From positions 61,690,001-61,754,000 of the forward strand of contig CM097886.1 in NCBI GenBank assembly GCA_044892525.1: a stretch of DNA of 64,000 bases. Reading direction: 5' to 3'. Positions 22,501 to 37,500 of the stretch are shown here, piece after piece (position 1 is the first letter of the stretch; the number at the start of each line of letters is the position of its first letter). Position numbers and translations under genes: made by a program. The stretch comes from Schmidtea polychroa. Lineage: Eukaryota. The notes beneath the pieces are model-generated. The model had not been told where the DNA came from, did no database searches, and was given only the letters and a program-made list of their open reading frames with translations.

Positions 22501-25500
22501 AAGTAGCGTCTTATCTTCTGAGAATATTCATGTTGCAATTCAGGTTTCGATGTTGCTTTCACTAGTCATGAAGCGATTTTTCATCATTTCAACAGAAAGG
22601 AATTTCGAATTGGCAATACAATTTTCACCTATCTGAAACCTGCTTATTCAACAATTTCAAGTCGACATTGTCAGAAATGGTATATAGTAGTCATAAGAAA
22701 CTGATGTGTGACCACCTATAAATGCATTTACCCAGTTATTTACATTTGATAAGATCTTTCTGATTGATGGACTGCAACAACCTGTGAATTTCACTTCTGC
22801 CTTTCTTTGGCAAACAAAGAATTTTATCACACTTCGATAATTTACCAGTCAAATCATGACAATTTTACCTGGGGTACTAAGATAAAGAAAAATGACAGTA
22901 ATACAAACTTAATTTTCGTCATATATATTTATATATGGCTACTTCAAAATTGAAAGTAACTAAGTTATTATTTTTAAATCTATATTAGACCAGCGTCCTA
23001 TTAAACGCACCACGTATTTTCCACTTTCCTTTCAAATTTCTGATTTTATATTAAAACAAACCAGCTATCATATATTTAAAATACACGTTTTTTATACATT
23101 TTTAAAAGAGAGTCTGTTACATAATTCAATAAAATAATTAGACGTCCGGAAGACCTGATTGTTTATTAGTTGAGAATCACTTATAACATTTTAATAGGAC
23201 ATAACTGAAAAATGTATTATTTACACTCTAGTTTTATTCTGTTTTAAAATTAAATTCCCTAAAAACATTTTTTCCTTTCTAAAACATTTTAAATAAAGTT
23301 GGTTCAAAAAATATTAATTCATATAAAATAAAATCTTATTTTTGCAATATTTTTTTAATTCTATTTTTTTTAATAAAATTTAATTAATGTAATTAATCGG
23401 AACTATGTATGTATTCAAAGTTTCAAGTCAATTTTATAAGTGAAAGTCGGTCAAAATGTGAATACAAAATATTTTACTCTATCTAAATAACAAATAAAAT
23501 TTGATTAAAGTTTGTTAAATATTGATATGATCGTTTTTGGAATAACTTAATTTTTACATTAATTTTGAATATTTTTTATATATTTATTTTTTTAACGAAA
23601 TACCTTGTTATTGTTATTGGTATTTTAATTTCGAAGTGATAATGTATAAAATCAATGAAAGAATTTTGAAAGAGTTGAGTTCTTACAGAATGTGTTCGTC
23701 AATCTATATTATCATTTTCTAAGAAATCTATATGTTCGTTAGGTCAAGGCGCAACATCAACTGTCTATGAAGCTTCTTGTCCCATTTTAAATAATAGAAA
23801 ATGTGCAATGAAAATAATAAATTTGGAAAAATGCAGTAGCTCAACGTTATTAGACGAAATTAAAGTAATAATTTTTTATTCAAAAATTAAAAATTTTGAA
23901 ATATAGAAAGAAATTAGAGGGATGAGAAATTTGAAAAACGAAAACATAGTAACTTATTATGCATCTTTTGTAGCTGGTACCGAACTTTGTATACTCATGG
24001 ATTTATGTCAAAGAGGTTGTTGTTTTTATAATAGATTTAGTTTAATTCATTTTGCAGGATCGTTATTAGATATTATAAAAGCTACTCAAAATAAACGTGA
24101 TATCAGTTCTGGGGTTCTTGATGAAAACACTATAGCTACAATTATGAAAGATGTTCTTAAAGGATTGAGTTATATTCATGAAAATGGCCTTGTACATAGG
24201 TCAGTTTAGATATATTACATTAATATTGTATGATTATACGAGATTAAATTAATAGATAATTCTAACCTCAATTGACATTGCTTTGGATGCAAATCTATAA
24301 TTTTGTTTCAATGACGCGTTATTATAAAAATTATATTATTAATCGGTTTTTAGTAAAAATATTTTTAAATGAATTTGTTATTAAAGCTTTAAAATGATAT
24401 TCGATGCAATTTCTATTGAAAGACTAGTTTTCGAATTTTTAGGCTCTCATTGGTTTCATTTGAAATATATTCCAGTGACTTTGTAATCATATCCTGAACT
24501 TGATCACTCCATTGTTAGGTCACTTCGAATATCACAATTATACTGTTTTTGTTATCAAATCAGGCATATCAGTAACTTATATCATTGCTTTGTCACCAAA
24601 TCGATAAAAATATGAATGAAGTTATTAATGGTATTCGATGGTTGTAAAATATTACACTAAACCAAAATTTATTTGAATTTCTCACATATATATATATATA
24701 TATTTACGTATATCCCCTTAGACCCCCAGTACGTAGTGCACCCAATAAATACTTAGAGTCGACTAGATATAATTACTTTATAAAATATACCGTATTAGCC
24801 CGAATAAAACGCAACCCCGAATTTAGAAAAAAATACTCATAAAAAAATTAAAATTAAGGGAAATTCAATCAGATAAGCGTTTGGTTAGGCAATTTAAAGT
24901 AATACATAGGTTATATTCATGATAATAAATTTAATTAATTTAAACCAAAATTTAATAAAAATAAAATGTTAAATATTGTCGCGTTATATTCGGGCCTATA
25001 CGGTATATTATATGGATTTAACTTAAATATTTATAAGTAATAAAAAGTGTTGGTTTTTCTAAGCTAATTTTGTCTGGAAATTATGAGGAAGTTGATAGAT
25101 TCTTAAAGATTTAATTAGAAATTTTGTTAAATTTAAAAAAATATTTTTATTGAAAAATATTTTAAAAGGAAAATTGAAATTTGTTTAACCCTTTCGCACC
25201 GACTTTCCGCTAATGACACTATGCTAAATTTATATATTGGAACTTGTTAATATTGACCTAAATATGAAATATTCTCATTTTTGTAATCGTGGCGCTTCTG
25301 AATATCCTAGAAAGTCCTGGGATAATAAATAAACTTTAACACCGCAAATTGCTTTGAAAATATCCCAGTAGGATCATGATGAAAGTTTCTGGGACGTATC
25401 GTCCCAATAGGGGTGAAAGGGTTAAATAACAAAAATAAGAAAGACAAGTTTATGAGTGTAAAATTTATGGAATTATTTAGTGATTTGCAAACAGATATTA

Positions 25501-28500
25501 AAGTTGTAACGGATAAGAATCCTAATATGGTGGCAGCGGTAAACACCGACGCGATTACCGAAAGATTATTGCCAAAGGTGTTCTGTCAAGATGATGACTT
25601 GGAAAAATTAATTAGAAGATGCGAGATTTATTTCGATGCTAAAGGCGTCAATAAAAGAGATCAGGAAAGATTGACTGCATGGATGATCGACGAGGATCTA
25701 TTAGAGAAATAGGCGAAGACAGTTAAAAAAGCAGAAGGATTTCAAGCCAGGTTACAAATGGCATTTGATTACGAAAGAGACGTAATAAAGGACATGGCAA
25801 GTTTATTGAATTATAAAAGAAGAGGCGAAATGATTGAAACATATTTTAAAAAGGTGGAGGACCTTGTCGATAGGTTGAATGAAGAATTCATCAAAGAGAA
25901 AATGACAGCAAAGATGTTGATAGTATGTGCTGAGAATAAAGAAGTTAAGAAAGAAGTAATATTGCGGAAGAAGAATTAAAGGAAACATTAATTCTGATGG
26001 ATAAAGTGGACTAACAGAGAGATCAGATAAACGCTGTGAAAAGTTATGCAAGAGTGGTCGTTCAGGATCCACAGAGAAGAGGACAGTACAAGCAGAAAGA
26101 TGAAAGAGAAGAAGGTAGGCGACGAGAAGAACCAGAGTGCTGGCTATGCCACAAAATAGGCCACACTAAAATAGACTGTCCAGTAAGAAGTAAGATAGAG
26201 CGCTGGACATGTCACAGAAGCGGACATATAAGTAGGAATTGTCAAGATAACAAAGAACCAAGATGTTTTGGTTGTGAGAAAGATGGTCATATAAGAAGGT
26301 TATGTCAAGAAAAATCGGTGTAAAAGATGCAACGGAAATGTTCATAGATCTGAAGAATGTTATACAAAGTCGAGTTACAAGAAAACGATAGAGAAACAAA
26401 GACTGACAGGAAACAGATACAGCCGGATTAATGGAATCAAAGAAGAGGAAATGGAATCGTTCGTAGTTGAAATGAAGATAATTTTAGTAGGACGTACCCA
26501 AACAACAGGGCTCCACCAGTAGAGGAGTTGGTTGGAGCCATATACTAACAGAAAAGTGGATGGGATATCATCAAGGGGTAGAAAAGTGGGAGAATGTAGG
26601 AAGGGTAAGTGAGAAAGTATACAGGTTCCTAAGGAGAGAAAAGTTTGAAGAGGAAGTGGAAACAAATGGAACAATTGAAACGGGGCAGGAGGTAGAAATT
26701 GTGTATAACAAGCTACAGAGGAGATCTAGTGTAACAGTAATGATGAATGGGGAAATTTTCGACTGTTTATTAGACACCAGAGCACGAATAAACGTAATGA
26801 GTGTAAACTGTTTTAACATGTTACGAGGACAACAATTGATGAGAAGCGACGATAAGTTATGATGTGCAAACGAAAGTACGATAGAGACAATTGGAAGAAC
26901 AAAGGTTAAAGTAACTATCGGAGATATTTCCAAGGAAGTTAGATTCATTGTGGCGGAGAAAGTGACACCAGAGGTGATTGGAGGAGTAGAATTACAAAAG
27001 GCATTTGGATCTAGGCTGGCAAAAAAGAAAGATATCGAATCTAGTGAAAAAGACAAGAACTATATTTGTAAGATTGAAGCAAAATTCGGCAGACAAATAA
27101 AGGATGGAGAAAGATTGACGCGAGCGTTGGAACATCTAAAAATTAATGAGGATAGTAAATTAAAAGAAATAATAACGAACAGTGGAAACGTGTTTATGGT
27201 GGATAAATGGGATGTGGGTCGAACGCATTTAGTAAAAAATAAGATAATTACAAGAGGTGAACCAATAAACATAAAACCATATCGTCAACCATTGAATTTG
27301 GAAAAAGAAAGTGAAGAAGCAATACAAAATTTGTACGAAAACGGGATTATACGGAAATGCAACTCCCCATGGAACACGCCGTTAATCTGCGTATGGAAAA
27401 AAGAGAAAAAAGATATTAGGCTATGTTTGGATTTCAGACAGCCGAACTGATTTATTCGAATAGTAAAGAAAAACATTATACAATACTCAGTGAAGTATTA
27501 AAAGCGATCGATGAATCAGGACTAAAGATATCAAATAACAATTACAACGAAGGAACCAGTAAAAAACTAGAATCAATCGAAATGTTCGAAATTATATTCG
27601 TGGATAATTGTGGACCAATGCAAGAAACAAAAGGACGTAAGAAATATATATTGGGTATTATAGACCAGTATAGTAAGTATCAAGTCTTGTCAGCTATAAC
27701 AAGACAAGACGAGGAAACAATAAAGAAAACGATTTTAGAAAAATGGATTTTAAGATTTGGATGCCCAAAGGAGATAAGATTTGATTGTGGGAAGACGTTT
27801 GAATCAGGAATGATGAGATAATTCACAAAGAAACTTGATATTAAGTTATGTTTTTCGAGTCCATATCATCACCAAACAAATATACAGATAAAAAGGCAAT
27901 TCAGGACAATACGAGAGCTGATAAATGCTACTTTACGAGACAGAAGGAAGAAGGATTGGGCAGAGATACTACCAGAAGTCGAATTTACATTAAATGCAAC
28001 TAAACAAAAAACGACAGGAAAGAGATAGTTTTTGGAAAAAAAGATTAGCAGGGAGAAATGGTTCGGGCCAAAGGAAAAACTGGTAAAGGCAGAACAAGAA
28101 GAACAAAGAAGGAGTAAATTCAATGTAGAAGTGTTAGTAAAATTAGAAACACGCAACAAAAGGCAGGACAGATATGAGGGACCATATAAAGTAATCGAGA
28201 AAGTGCATGACAGACGATAATTCTTAATTAACCAGAATGGTAAAAAGATTGAAAGAAACGTGGAAAAACTTAAAAAATTTCTTAAGAAGGGGGATATGAG
28301 ATTTAATTGGAAATTTTGTTAAATTTAATAAAATATTCTTATTGAAAAATATTTTAAAAGGAAAATTGAAATTTGTTTAAATAACAAAAATAAGAAAGAC
28401 AAGTTTTTGAGTGTAAAATTTATTGAATAAAATTTATGGAATTATTTAGTGATTTGCAAACAGATATTAATGTTGTAACGGATGAGAATCCTAATAGAAA

Positions 28501-31500
28501 TGAAATTACGATATTTCATCATTGTGTCAGAAAATGCCAGATAATGTTGAATTTCGAAGCGTTATAAAGTTTTTGCTTTTGAACTAACTTAGTAGCCAAC
28601 AAATTATTGCACAACTGCAAGATGCTTACAAGAGTCAATGCACCTGTAAATCTACCAATGACAACTAGAATCGTGATTTTTCAAGTCGGTGCAATATTGT
28701 TTTTGATTTGGAAAAACCTTGGCAGACCTGTGGAAGTTGAAAATGAAAGGAAATAAATGCTGGAGAAAATCATGACAGACTGTGACATTGCTATACTAGT
28801 TAATGTTTTTTCAATTCAATTTAATTTTTTTAATTAATTTTCAATGGGTTTTCAAATTGATTTTATTTCACTTCAATTTGACATTTAAAATATTACAAAA
28901 CTAAATAAACGTATGGAAAGATTTATAAAGACATATACGGTCACATAAAACAATTTACTAATTAATACAAGAATTAAATTTTATTCCACGATTTCAATTC
29001 CTTCTATTGACAAACGAATATTATTTTCATATAATATAGTACCCCTCGACATCACTCCTTCACAAACTTCTTAATCCATCATGCATTGCTATCTTCAGTG
29101 CTTATTCATTCAAGGGATTACTTCGTTTTACAAAATCCTTCCATTTTGAGAATAAATTCTCGATTGGGTTCAAGAAAGGAGAGTAAGGTGGCAGAAATTC
29201 AATTCGAATGTTTTGAGTAGTAGCTAATTCCATTATGCATGTGCTTTTATGAAACGCCACAATGTCAATCACCAAAACACAATTCATTGTATTATTATCA
29301 ACAATATAATTTGAAAATTCGTCGATATATTCTAGAAAAGACGTGGTATTGTATGGTACGTAACTCAATTTCAAAAACACCAAATTACACTTAGTCCATG
29401 ACACTGCATACCTATAGGTTTTTCGACCGAATATCTGGAACTATTAGATTCACTTGACTCCATATCTTCGAGTGACCTCTTGTATCGTTGAATAGATACG
29501 TTGAATACAACTTCGTCATGAAAAAAAAATTCTTCGCCAGTATACGTTTCCTCAATTTCCAAATATTTCGCGGCGTAAATTTTTCGGGTTTCGTTCGAAT
29601 GGGTAAACTTTTTCGAATGAAGGTTAACTTTTTAAGATTATAATGCAGGTTCTTTAAACAATAGAAAATGGTTGAGAGTGCAATTTTCACGTCATAATTT
29701 TCATGTAACCTTCCTTGAATATGCCTCAGTGCAATAGTACACTCATCATCAACTAAATTCAGAATAAAAACTTCATTTCCTCCGTTAATTTAACATTTAT
29801 GCAGCACCCCCAAGCCAAAGATGCTATTTGTCCAGTTTTAATAAATTTATTGACAATGTTTCTCACCGTTGCAACAGTTAACATTTCATAGCCTGCAATT
29901 ACGTTCACCGAGTTGTCGCTCTGATATGAATGTATGACTTTTGATCTTGTTTCTTCGGTTATTTTCTTATATGGGCCTCTTCTGTTTGTTGTACAATATG
30001 GATCCGATTCGCTGTCAATTATGAATGTAGAATTTAAATTGGTGTACGGTTCTGGTTTTTCTGGCTGATCTTCGTTACTTCCATTGAACATTTCCATGGA
30101 ATTATTAAATTGTTTAAGACTTTCTACAAGAATGAATAAAATCAATTTGAAATGAAAACCCATTGAAAATTAATTAAAAAAATTAAATTGAATTTAAAAA
30201 ACATTAACTAGAATTGAAAATCCTGTAAGAGACCTGGTACCACGTCTAAACATCTCCAAATGTATGTTGAACAACTTCCTGGATGAAATGGACACAAGGA
30301 AATTGTGTTCACGATTTGTGATACGATTTCTTGCGAATAGCATGCAATAAAGGAAATTTGGGTGTTAGAAGAATTTGAAAATCTTTGAAAAACTTGGTGA
30401 TATCTATCTGAAACACAATCATAAAAGATGAGACACTTATGAGTCTATACACACCTGAAACTAAACGTGAATCTACAGAATTTAAGATACCAGGGGAACA
30501 AATATCACTGAAAATGAGAACTGGTATATCTCACAAGAAATGTCTTATGTTCAGAATCTTCTAGGATAGGAAAGGCTTTCTCAAAATGAATTTTACTGCA
30601 TCATATGTCAAAATGAACAGCGAATATTATGTACAACTGGTAAAAGAAGCAAGAAGAAAGTGGTAGAAAAGAGGAAATAACCAATTCTGACTATTGCATG
30701 ACAATATCCCAATCCACATCCCATCTTGAAAGTAAATAAACATATTAGTTTTGAAAATGTTTTTCTCATTCATTTGTGAGTGAGCTTTTTTAAATTTATA
30801 AAATTGTGACTACTCAGAGAAATTGCATTGGCTTGTAATTACATTATTTTAAACTGACAATGAAACAATGTTAAAACTTTTCGATTAACCACAACAGCAC
30901 ACTATTTTGAAGCTATTCACAGGGGGGCTATAGTGTTCATTTTTCATTTAAAATCCAAATTGAATTGTTTGCACATGTATTTTAACCGTCTTTAGAGAAC
31001 AAATTTTCAGTTATTTAAATGTTAAAAAGTTAGCCAATCCTTACCGTACCTTAGATTTTAAATTATTCGCATTAATCTTTCAACTACAATACACCTAAAT
31101 GGAATCAAAAGCACTAATGATTCATTGTTGTCGAATTTCAGTTATCGAAATTAAAATATTTTAGATTGCATCTAATTCTTTAGCTGTACGAATAAAGAAC
31201 TGTTGAACCAAATTTTTACAACAGACAACGGGAACTTTGTTCTATAATCTCTGAAATGATTAAATCATACTAATGTCCTTGTTGAATGAAAATGCTTTTT
31301 AATTATACGATGTGAGTTTCCAATACCCGAAGTAGCGTATTTTATTTATTAACATTCTTTGATTATTAAAATATCAAGAGTTCCGTTATCTACCGGAAAT
31401 ATTTCTTTAGTTGTGCAATCTAAAATCTTTAAACATTAACTAATTTGAATTATACGAATGTGTCTTATAGTCCGTTTCAGTGTTTCGTCGTTTTATATAT

Positions 31501-34500
31501 TTGATGAAAAAATATTGTATTTTCATGTTAACCTTTTCGTTGCTATCGTTGCTTTTCTAACGTCTCACATAGATAGCGCCGTTCTTCATCTAACTTCACA
31601 AAAAGATTTTTTGTTTCAATAGGTCTCAACATTCGAAATTCTCAAAGCCTTTGAAGTCATTTTTAAAATATATACATTTTTATCTTTTGTAAATTCTAAG
31701 ATTTTATTTGTTTTTAAATCAAAATTTATTAAATTTATTTTCATTGTAATGCATTCATTCATTTTCTAACATTTTTAAAAATGATCTGCATATATTTTTG
31801 TCATTTTTTAATTTTATTCAGCTGATAAAACAAAACCATTTTTTCCTTCATTATTTTCTTATTGTGTCTTACTAATTAATTTTTAGTTTTACATAAATAT
31901 TTTTACTACACTAATAAACTAATTTTTCCTTCACTTTGATAACTAACGGGAACAGTCAAGATATCGGCCATGCTACTTCTATACCCTTCACTTAAACCCT
32001 TACTTCTCTGGTTTATTTCATTAATTTTGTGGCTACTGTAAAATAAATGTGGTAATGTGGTAACAGATTTAAACTGTTATCGAGCTTACAATTGAGGAAT
32101 TTTAAAATTGGAATTAGCAATGTGACAGTAATTACAATTATCCTTAATATGATAACGAGAATGAGTTTCAGTGAAGACTTTCTAACAGTTATCCACTTGA
32201 TTTATCAAAAATGAATTTGAAATTAAATGCGTTATATTGTTGAAAAATTATCATTTTCTGTTCGTTATTTAGATAGTTACAGATTAAATTTTCACTTAGA
32301 ATGCGCCTATAGTTAACGACATAACACAATTAACTATCGTAGTTTTTATCAAATTTTGATATAAAAAATATGGAAAAAATTCAATTTGAATTTAAACTAT
32401 GCATAACCGTGGAATTTAATAGACATCGTCTACAATCAAAAGGACAATTAAGCATTTTTGTGAAATATCCAAGGGAACATTATTTAATCCCTTAAAGTCA
32501 TCTAAATTAAAAAATATAATATATTGTGTCTGAATTGAATTACAATTTACAACATATTTACACCAGCCAGTCGAGTATAAATGCATTAAACCTGACGGAT
32601 TATATGTCATTCTAAACTAGACAATATATTAAACGAATTAGATTGTTTGAAGAGATTTATATAAGCATAAATTTCTCAACTACAGTTGTTTTTAACGATA
32701 ACCTTTACAGTTGAAGTAAGGTTCGAAGTAAAATATAAAAGAAAGACAGGTCATGGATCTATGGAAATTCATGAGGACTAAAAAAAGTGAACAAAGGCAA
32801 TTATGTTTTAAAAAACTTTTGCCAAACAGAATAAATTTCAAATGAGCATGGATAATAAATAAAATTTACAAAATAATTTCACTATTTCTTTATTGCCTAT
32901 TACCAGTCTAAGTTATAAATATTCAAGTTCATTTTTTGTCGTTTATTTTGATAATTTATCTATATTGATTATATGAGGTATATTTCCTACTTAAGGATAA
33001 AGTTAATTCTAAATTCGACAGCTAACCTACCACTATTTGAGGACCTCTGCTTTATACCATTCTTTTGCGATTAACAATTTTTATACTATGAAACCGTTTA
33101 ACATAATACAATTTATAATATAAGTAGTTGGTACCAACAAGAATTTTTTTATTCTACTAATACAGTTATTTTTTATTTATCTTTATATACATATTTGTAC
33201 CTTATGACAAAACAAAGTCTTGGGCAGTGTTACAAAAAATAAAATAATATCTTATTGAACGATATTTATTAAGAAAATATGTTAACAAAAGTAATATTTA
33301 TGATATATTTTTAACATATTTTGTCAATTTAGATCAATTTAGTTGATAACGTATATATCCGTCATAGCCATTTAAGAGGTTAATAAATCATTAAACTATT
33401 TTTTATGAAAAATATCATTTTTTTTCTTATTCTATATTTGTTAAAGTTTTTTTTCATGATTAATATTATTTAAAACTAACACAACTTAACAATAATTTAT
33501 GGACACTTGATTTTTATTAAAATACTTAGAACTAAATCATTAATTTTTGCCATGTCAATTTCTGTCAAATGATTTTGATAACTTTCGAATTGCCAATATC
33601 AATGGTTATGATCCGGAAAATGGTGAATCTTTCATTATTTATCAATTAAAGTTTAACTGTTAAACACTTCTTTTTTCGTTATTTTGATGGATGAAGATTT
33701 TATTGCCTATTTATAAAATATAATAAAATATCTTAATTTTTAATTTCTAAATAAATCATTTTTGAAAGTGATTCATTCTTTTTAACTTTGAATACATCCA
33801 TGGGTGTCCGCGGGTATAGGCAATGGGAGGGGGTGGGCGATTGTCACCCTTTTGGATGGAACTAAAAATGTTTAGTTTTCTTTGATTATAATTCTGGTGC
33901 TTTGATATATTTTAAAGCACTAAGTAGGGGTCTGAAATTAAGTATTTTTAAATTTGTCACTTGCCCTAAGGAAGGAAAATAGGAAAAGAATGAACATACA
34001 AAATATTATGTCATTTAATTTGTTCCATTTGTAGAAAAAAATATATTAAGAAGAGCTTGAATTATAACCACTTCAACTTATCGTTTTTTAATATTTTGTA
34101 AAGTGGTAGGTTAACAACATTAGGGAGCTACACAATAAAATTGTTCAACTACTACTATTTCTGTCATAGAATCTGCTAAATTCTAAAATTTTAATCATTT
34201 ATCTCAAACCGTAAGGGAGTTTTGTAAAAAGGAAAATTTAATCTTAAAAGACAACAAAAAAGGAATTGAGTTAAAAAAATTAATGTAGCATTTAATTTTG
34301 TCCCGACCCTAGAAAAAATCCCGTGGACGCTTCTGAATCCATCCATCTTTAAGTTTCACTTAGTATTATTTACGTGGTATTAATTTTTCCACTTCAAATG
34401 TATTTTTAAATGAATTTTGTTTATAATTTCGTTCTTTCATAAGGTGACATTGACCCGGAATACAGCATTGTTCACATTCACTGGTTATTTTAACAATATT

Positions 34501-37500
34501 GACACTGCAGATTGTCATTTACAATTACGTTTCCCTTAAACTTGATTTATATTTTTCCTTGACTACTCAGGTCACATTTAAATTTTGATAGAAAATATAT
34601 CTTAAGTAAGTTTTTCGATTTTAAACTTTGGTAAGTCCAAATTCTTAAATTTAGTATTTTCTAGTTCTGATGATGTCGTTCCTTTTTTAATATCATATGA
34701 ACGGGTTTTATTCCAAAATAAAGTTTAAAGTGGAAGAAGAATTAATTATTTTCCTTCATTTTTAGATTTGTTAGTAGGAAGGTTACGAAAAATAAATATA
34801 CAGAAATCCAACGGATACAGGCCTATACACTACTTCTAATAGCCTTTTTGACCTTAAATATAATAAAATGTGATTAAGTGTTTGATTTTTAGATCGTGAT
34901 CATTATCTTTTACGTTTGAAAACTTTAGAAAAGTATATATAAGCTCGCTTCTATTTTGAGTGTGCTGATCTAGTGTATAAGTTTTCGTGTAATGAGTGCA
35001 ATACATTGGAGAGACTTCCTGATATCTCTGCAAACAGGTTCAGGGACATAGCCGATTGAAAAGTTTGAGCCATATTATTGAGCATAGGAAAATGTATAAA
35101 TGGGTAACTGACTTAAAAGATTTAAAAATTTTATATAAAAATAATAAGTGGGAAAGAGTTTTGTGAGGCATTGGCGATTAAATCATAATCCTCTACAATT
35201 AAAAATTTATTGAGATTGTTTAATTAACTCATTAAATCATAACTATTGGTTCTGTATTTAAGTTTTGACATAGATTATGATGGTATATGAGGATAATTTC
35301 TTAAAAATATATTTTATATGTTAGGTGTTTTAGTGTTTTTATTACAAAAGGGCCAGCATTTTTCGATATTTTATACTTAAATTGATAATTGTTTTTATAG
35401 TTTGCTAATGTCACAATGAATATTAATTAATTATTTTTTTAATTTGGAATTCCACTTAAAATTTATGAAATAACAAAACGTATTTGATATGAATTAAATG
35501 AATGCCTGATGATGTTATTTTACAAAAATAAAGCTGTAGAATTAAAAATAGACCAGAATATTGCTTTATCTTTATTTTTTAGTAACATCGTTACAAATGA
35601 AAAATATAAATAGTTCTTTTCAGTTTAGAAACAACACTTGTTTCTTAATTTTTAGTTAAATCATATTTATTCATTGAAATAAAATATCATCATTGGAAAT
35701 TAATTAAAAAATACTTATCAATATTTGGTAATAAAATTTATGTTATAACATGTTATTGTTTAATATCGTATTATATATCATAATGTTGAAAACATTTAAT
35801 ATTTATTAATAAAATATCAGGACTTAATTTATTTTTCAATAAGAATTCATATTTCCTTAATCTTGACTTTTAAAACTAAGATATACGACTGGATATTAGC
35901 ATGATAAATATTGTTTATTAAACAATTAATTGAAACTAAGAAAAACGAAATCTGGCATTGTCAGAACATAGTTCTTCAATTAATAAAATTTTACTAACTT
36001 AAGATTGCAATAGATAACTGTTAAACTGATGGTCAAAGAAACTGCATAAAACGCAATTATTCTGACGCTATTCATTAAAATTCACCAATTAATAAATATT
36101 ATTTATTTTACATCATCAAACGTGTATCTTGTTTTTTAATGTAAATTTAATCATAAATCAAAATTAGCAATAGTTATGCCATATATTATATTATATGCCA
36201 TATATTATGCCAAATATTATATAAACATAAAATTGCAAGTAGTCTATCCTTAATTGAAATTCGAAGACTTAAATATATATTCACTTTAAACTGATTAATC
36301 TTATCTACAGAATTTGAATCTCCTAGAACAGGGATTATCAAAGTTTTTAGTCAGTATACCACTTTCATAGAAATCAAAAGACGTTTATCAGCTTAGAAAA
36401 ATTTGGGATTTTTGAATTCATTTTTATACCAATACTAGAAGTACTAGTTGTTATATATATAAAGTCTTTTGAAATACTAAGTTTATAATTATTTATTCAT
36501 CTTCGAATATATTTATAACATTTAGCCATGTCTTTGAAATTCAAAATGAGATAACATATAATATGTGTAACAGAAGCATTGAGCTAAATTGATGTAATAG
36601 TTAAAGTTTGAGTTCATTGATTCTTAAATTAATAAAAAGCTAATGTTTAATATTTCTTTTTATAAAAAAATTTAATGCAAATATTTTATTGAACCAATGA
36701 TTGTTTTACACAATTATTTTTCAAAGTTTTTTATATTAATGTCAAATATATAAATGTCAAATTACCAACTGCCCCATTTGTTTCATTGATATTGCGATTC
36801 ACTTCCTTAGTTCAATCGACAGCATAACTGATAGATGATAATTTCCAGTGCTTCTGAATATTAACTTTTCAAATTCGTCTCCTATCCTTATTTGTGGATA
36901 TCAAATCATCTATCGAGTCGTTTTTAAAATCCCTGAAGGAAGAAAATATAATTATCAACAATTTTATTGGCTCATACTTGCGCCAAGAGTTCCTAGCATT
37001 ATAACGCCCACTGGCAATTTAACTTAATCGACCAAAACAATTTTTATAGTTTGGAAATCCTTGCATATTTTTTTATAAAGACATTTAAGAGTTCGTTTAC
37101 TTAAACAGATAACTTCTCTGTAATAGATTGTGTGGAAGAATCTTTTGGCAGTGTACTAAAAACCAAATAGATTGGAACTCTAAAATAGATTTTTAGTTTT
37201 GTGCCTCATTTGGTTAATCTGAGAAATCTTAAAATATATTTTAAAGGGACCAAAAATATTTATTAGACCGTCAATTTTTTAATTTATCTAATAATTTAGT
37301 AACTTTATTTTATCTTTTATATTCTTTATTGTAATTAAAATACTATATTTCGATGCAGAAAAAAATAAATTTTCTCTTTATAATTACTATATACTTTTAT
37401 ATTTATTGGCCATATATTGAGTAAAATTTATTAAAAAATATTTTTAAATATGGTTGCTCTGTCTTTAATTTTCTCAATTTAATTAGACCTATAATATACT

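Noticed and set aside
22070-22875. Recurrent AAATCATGAC motifs and a CCCCAGGTAAAA-like terminus
   Set aside because: Probably an old DNA-transposon derivative, but the second terminus and TSD were not found, so it cannot be delimited or classified.
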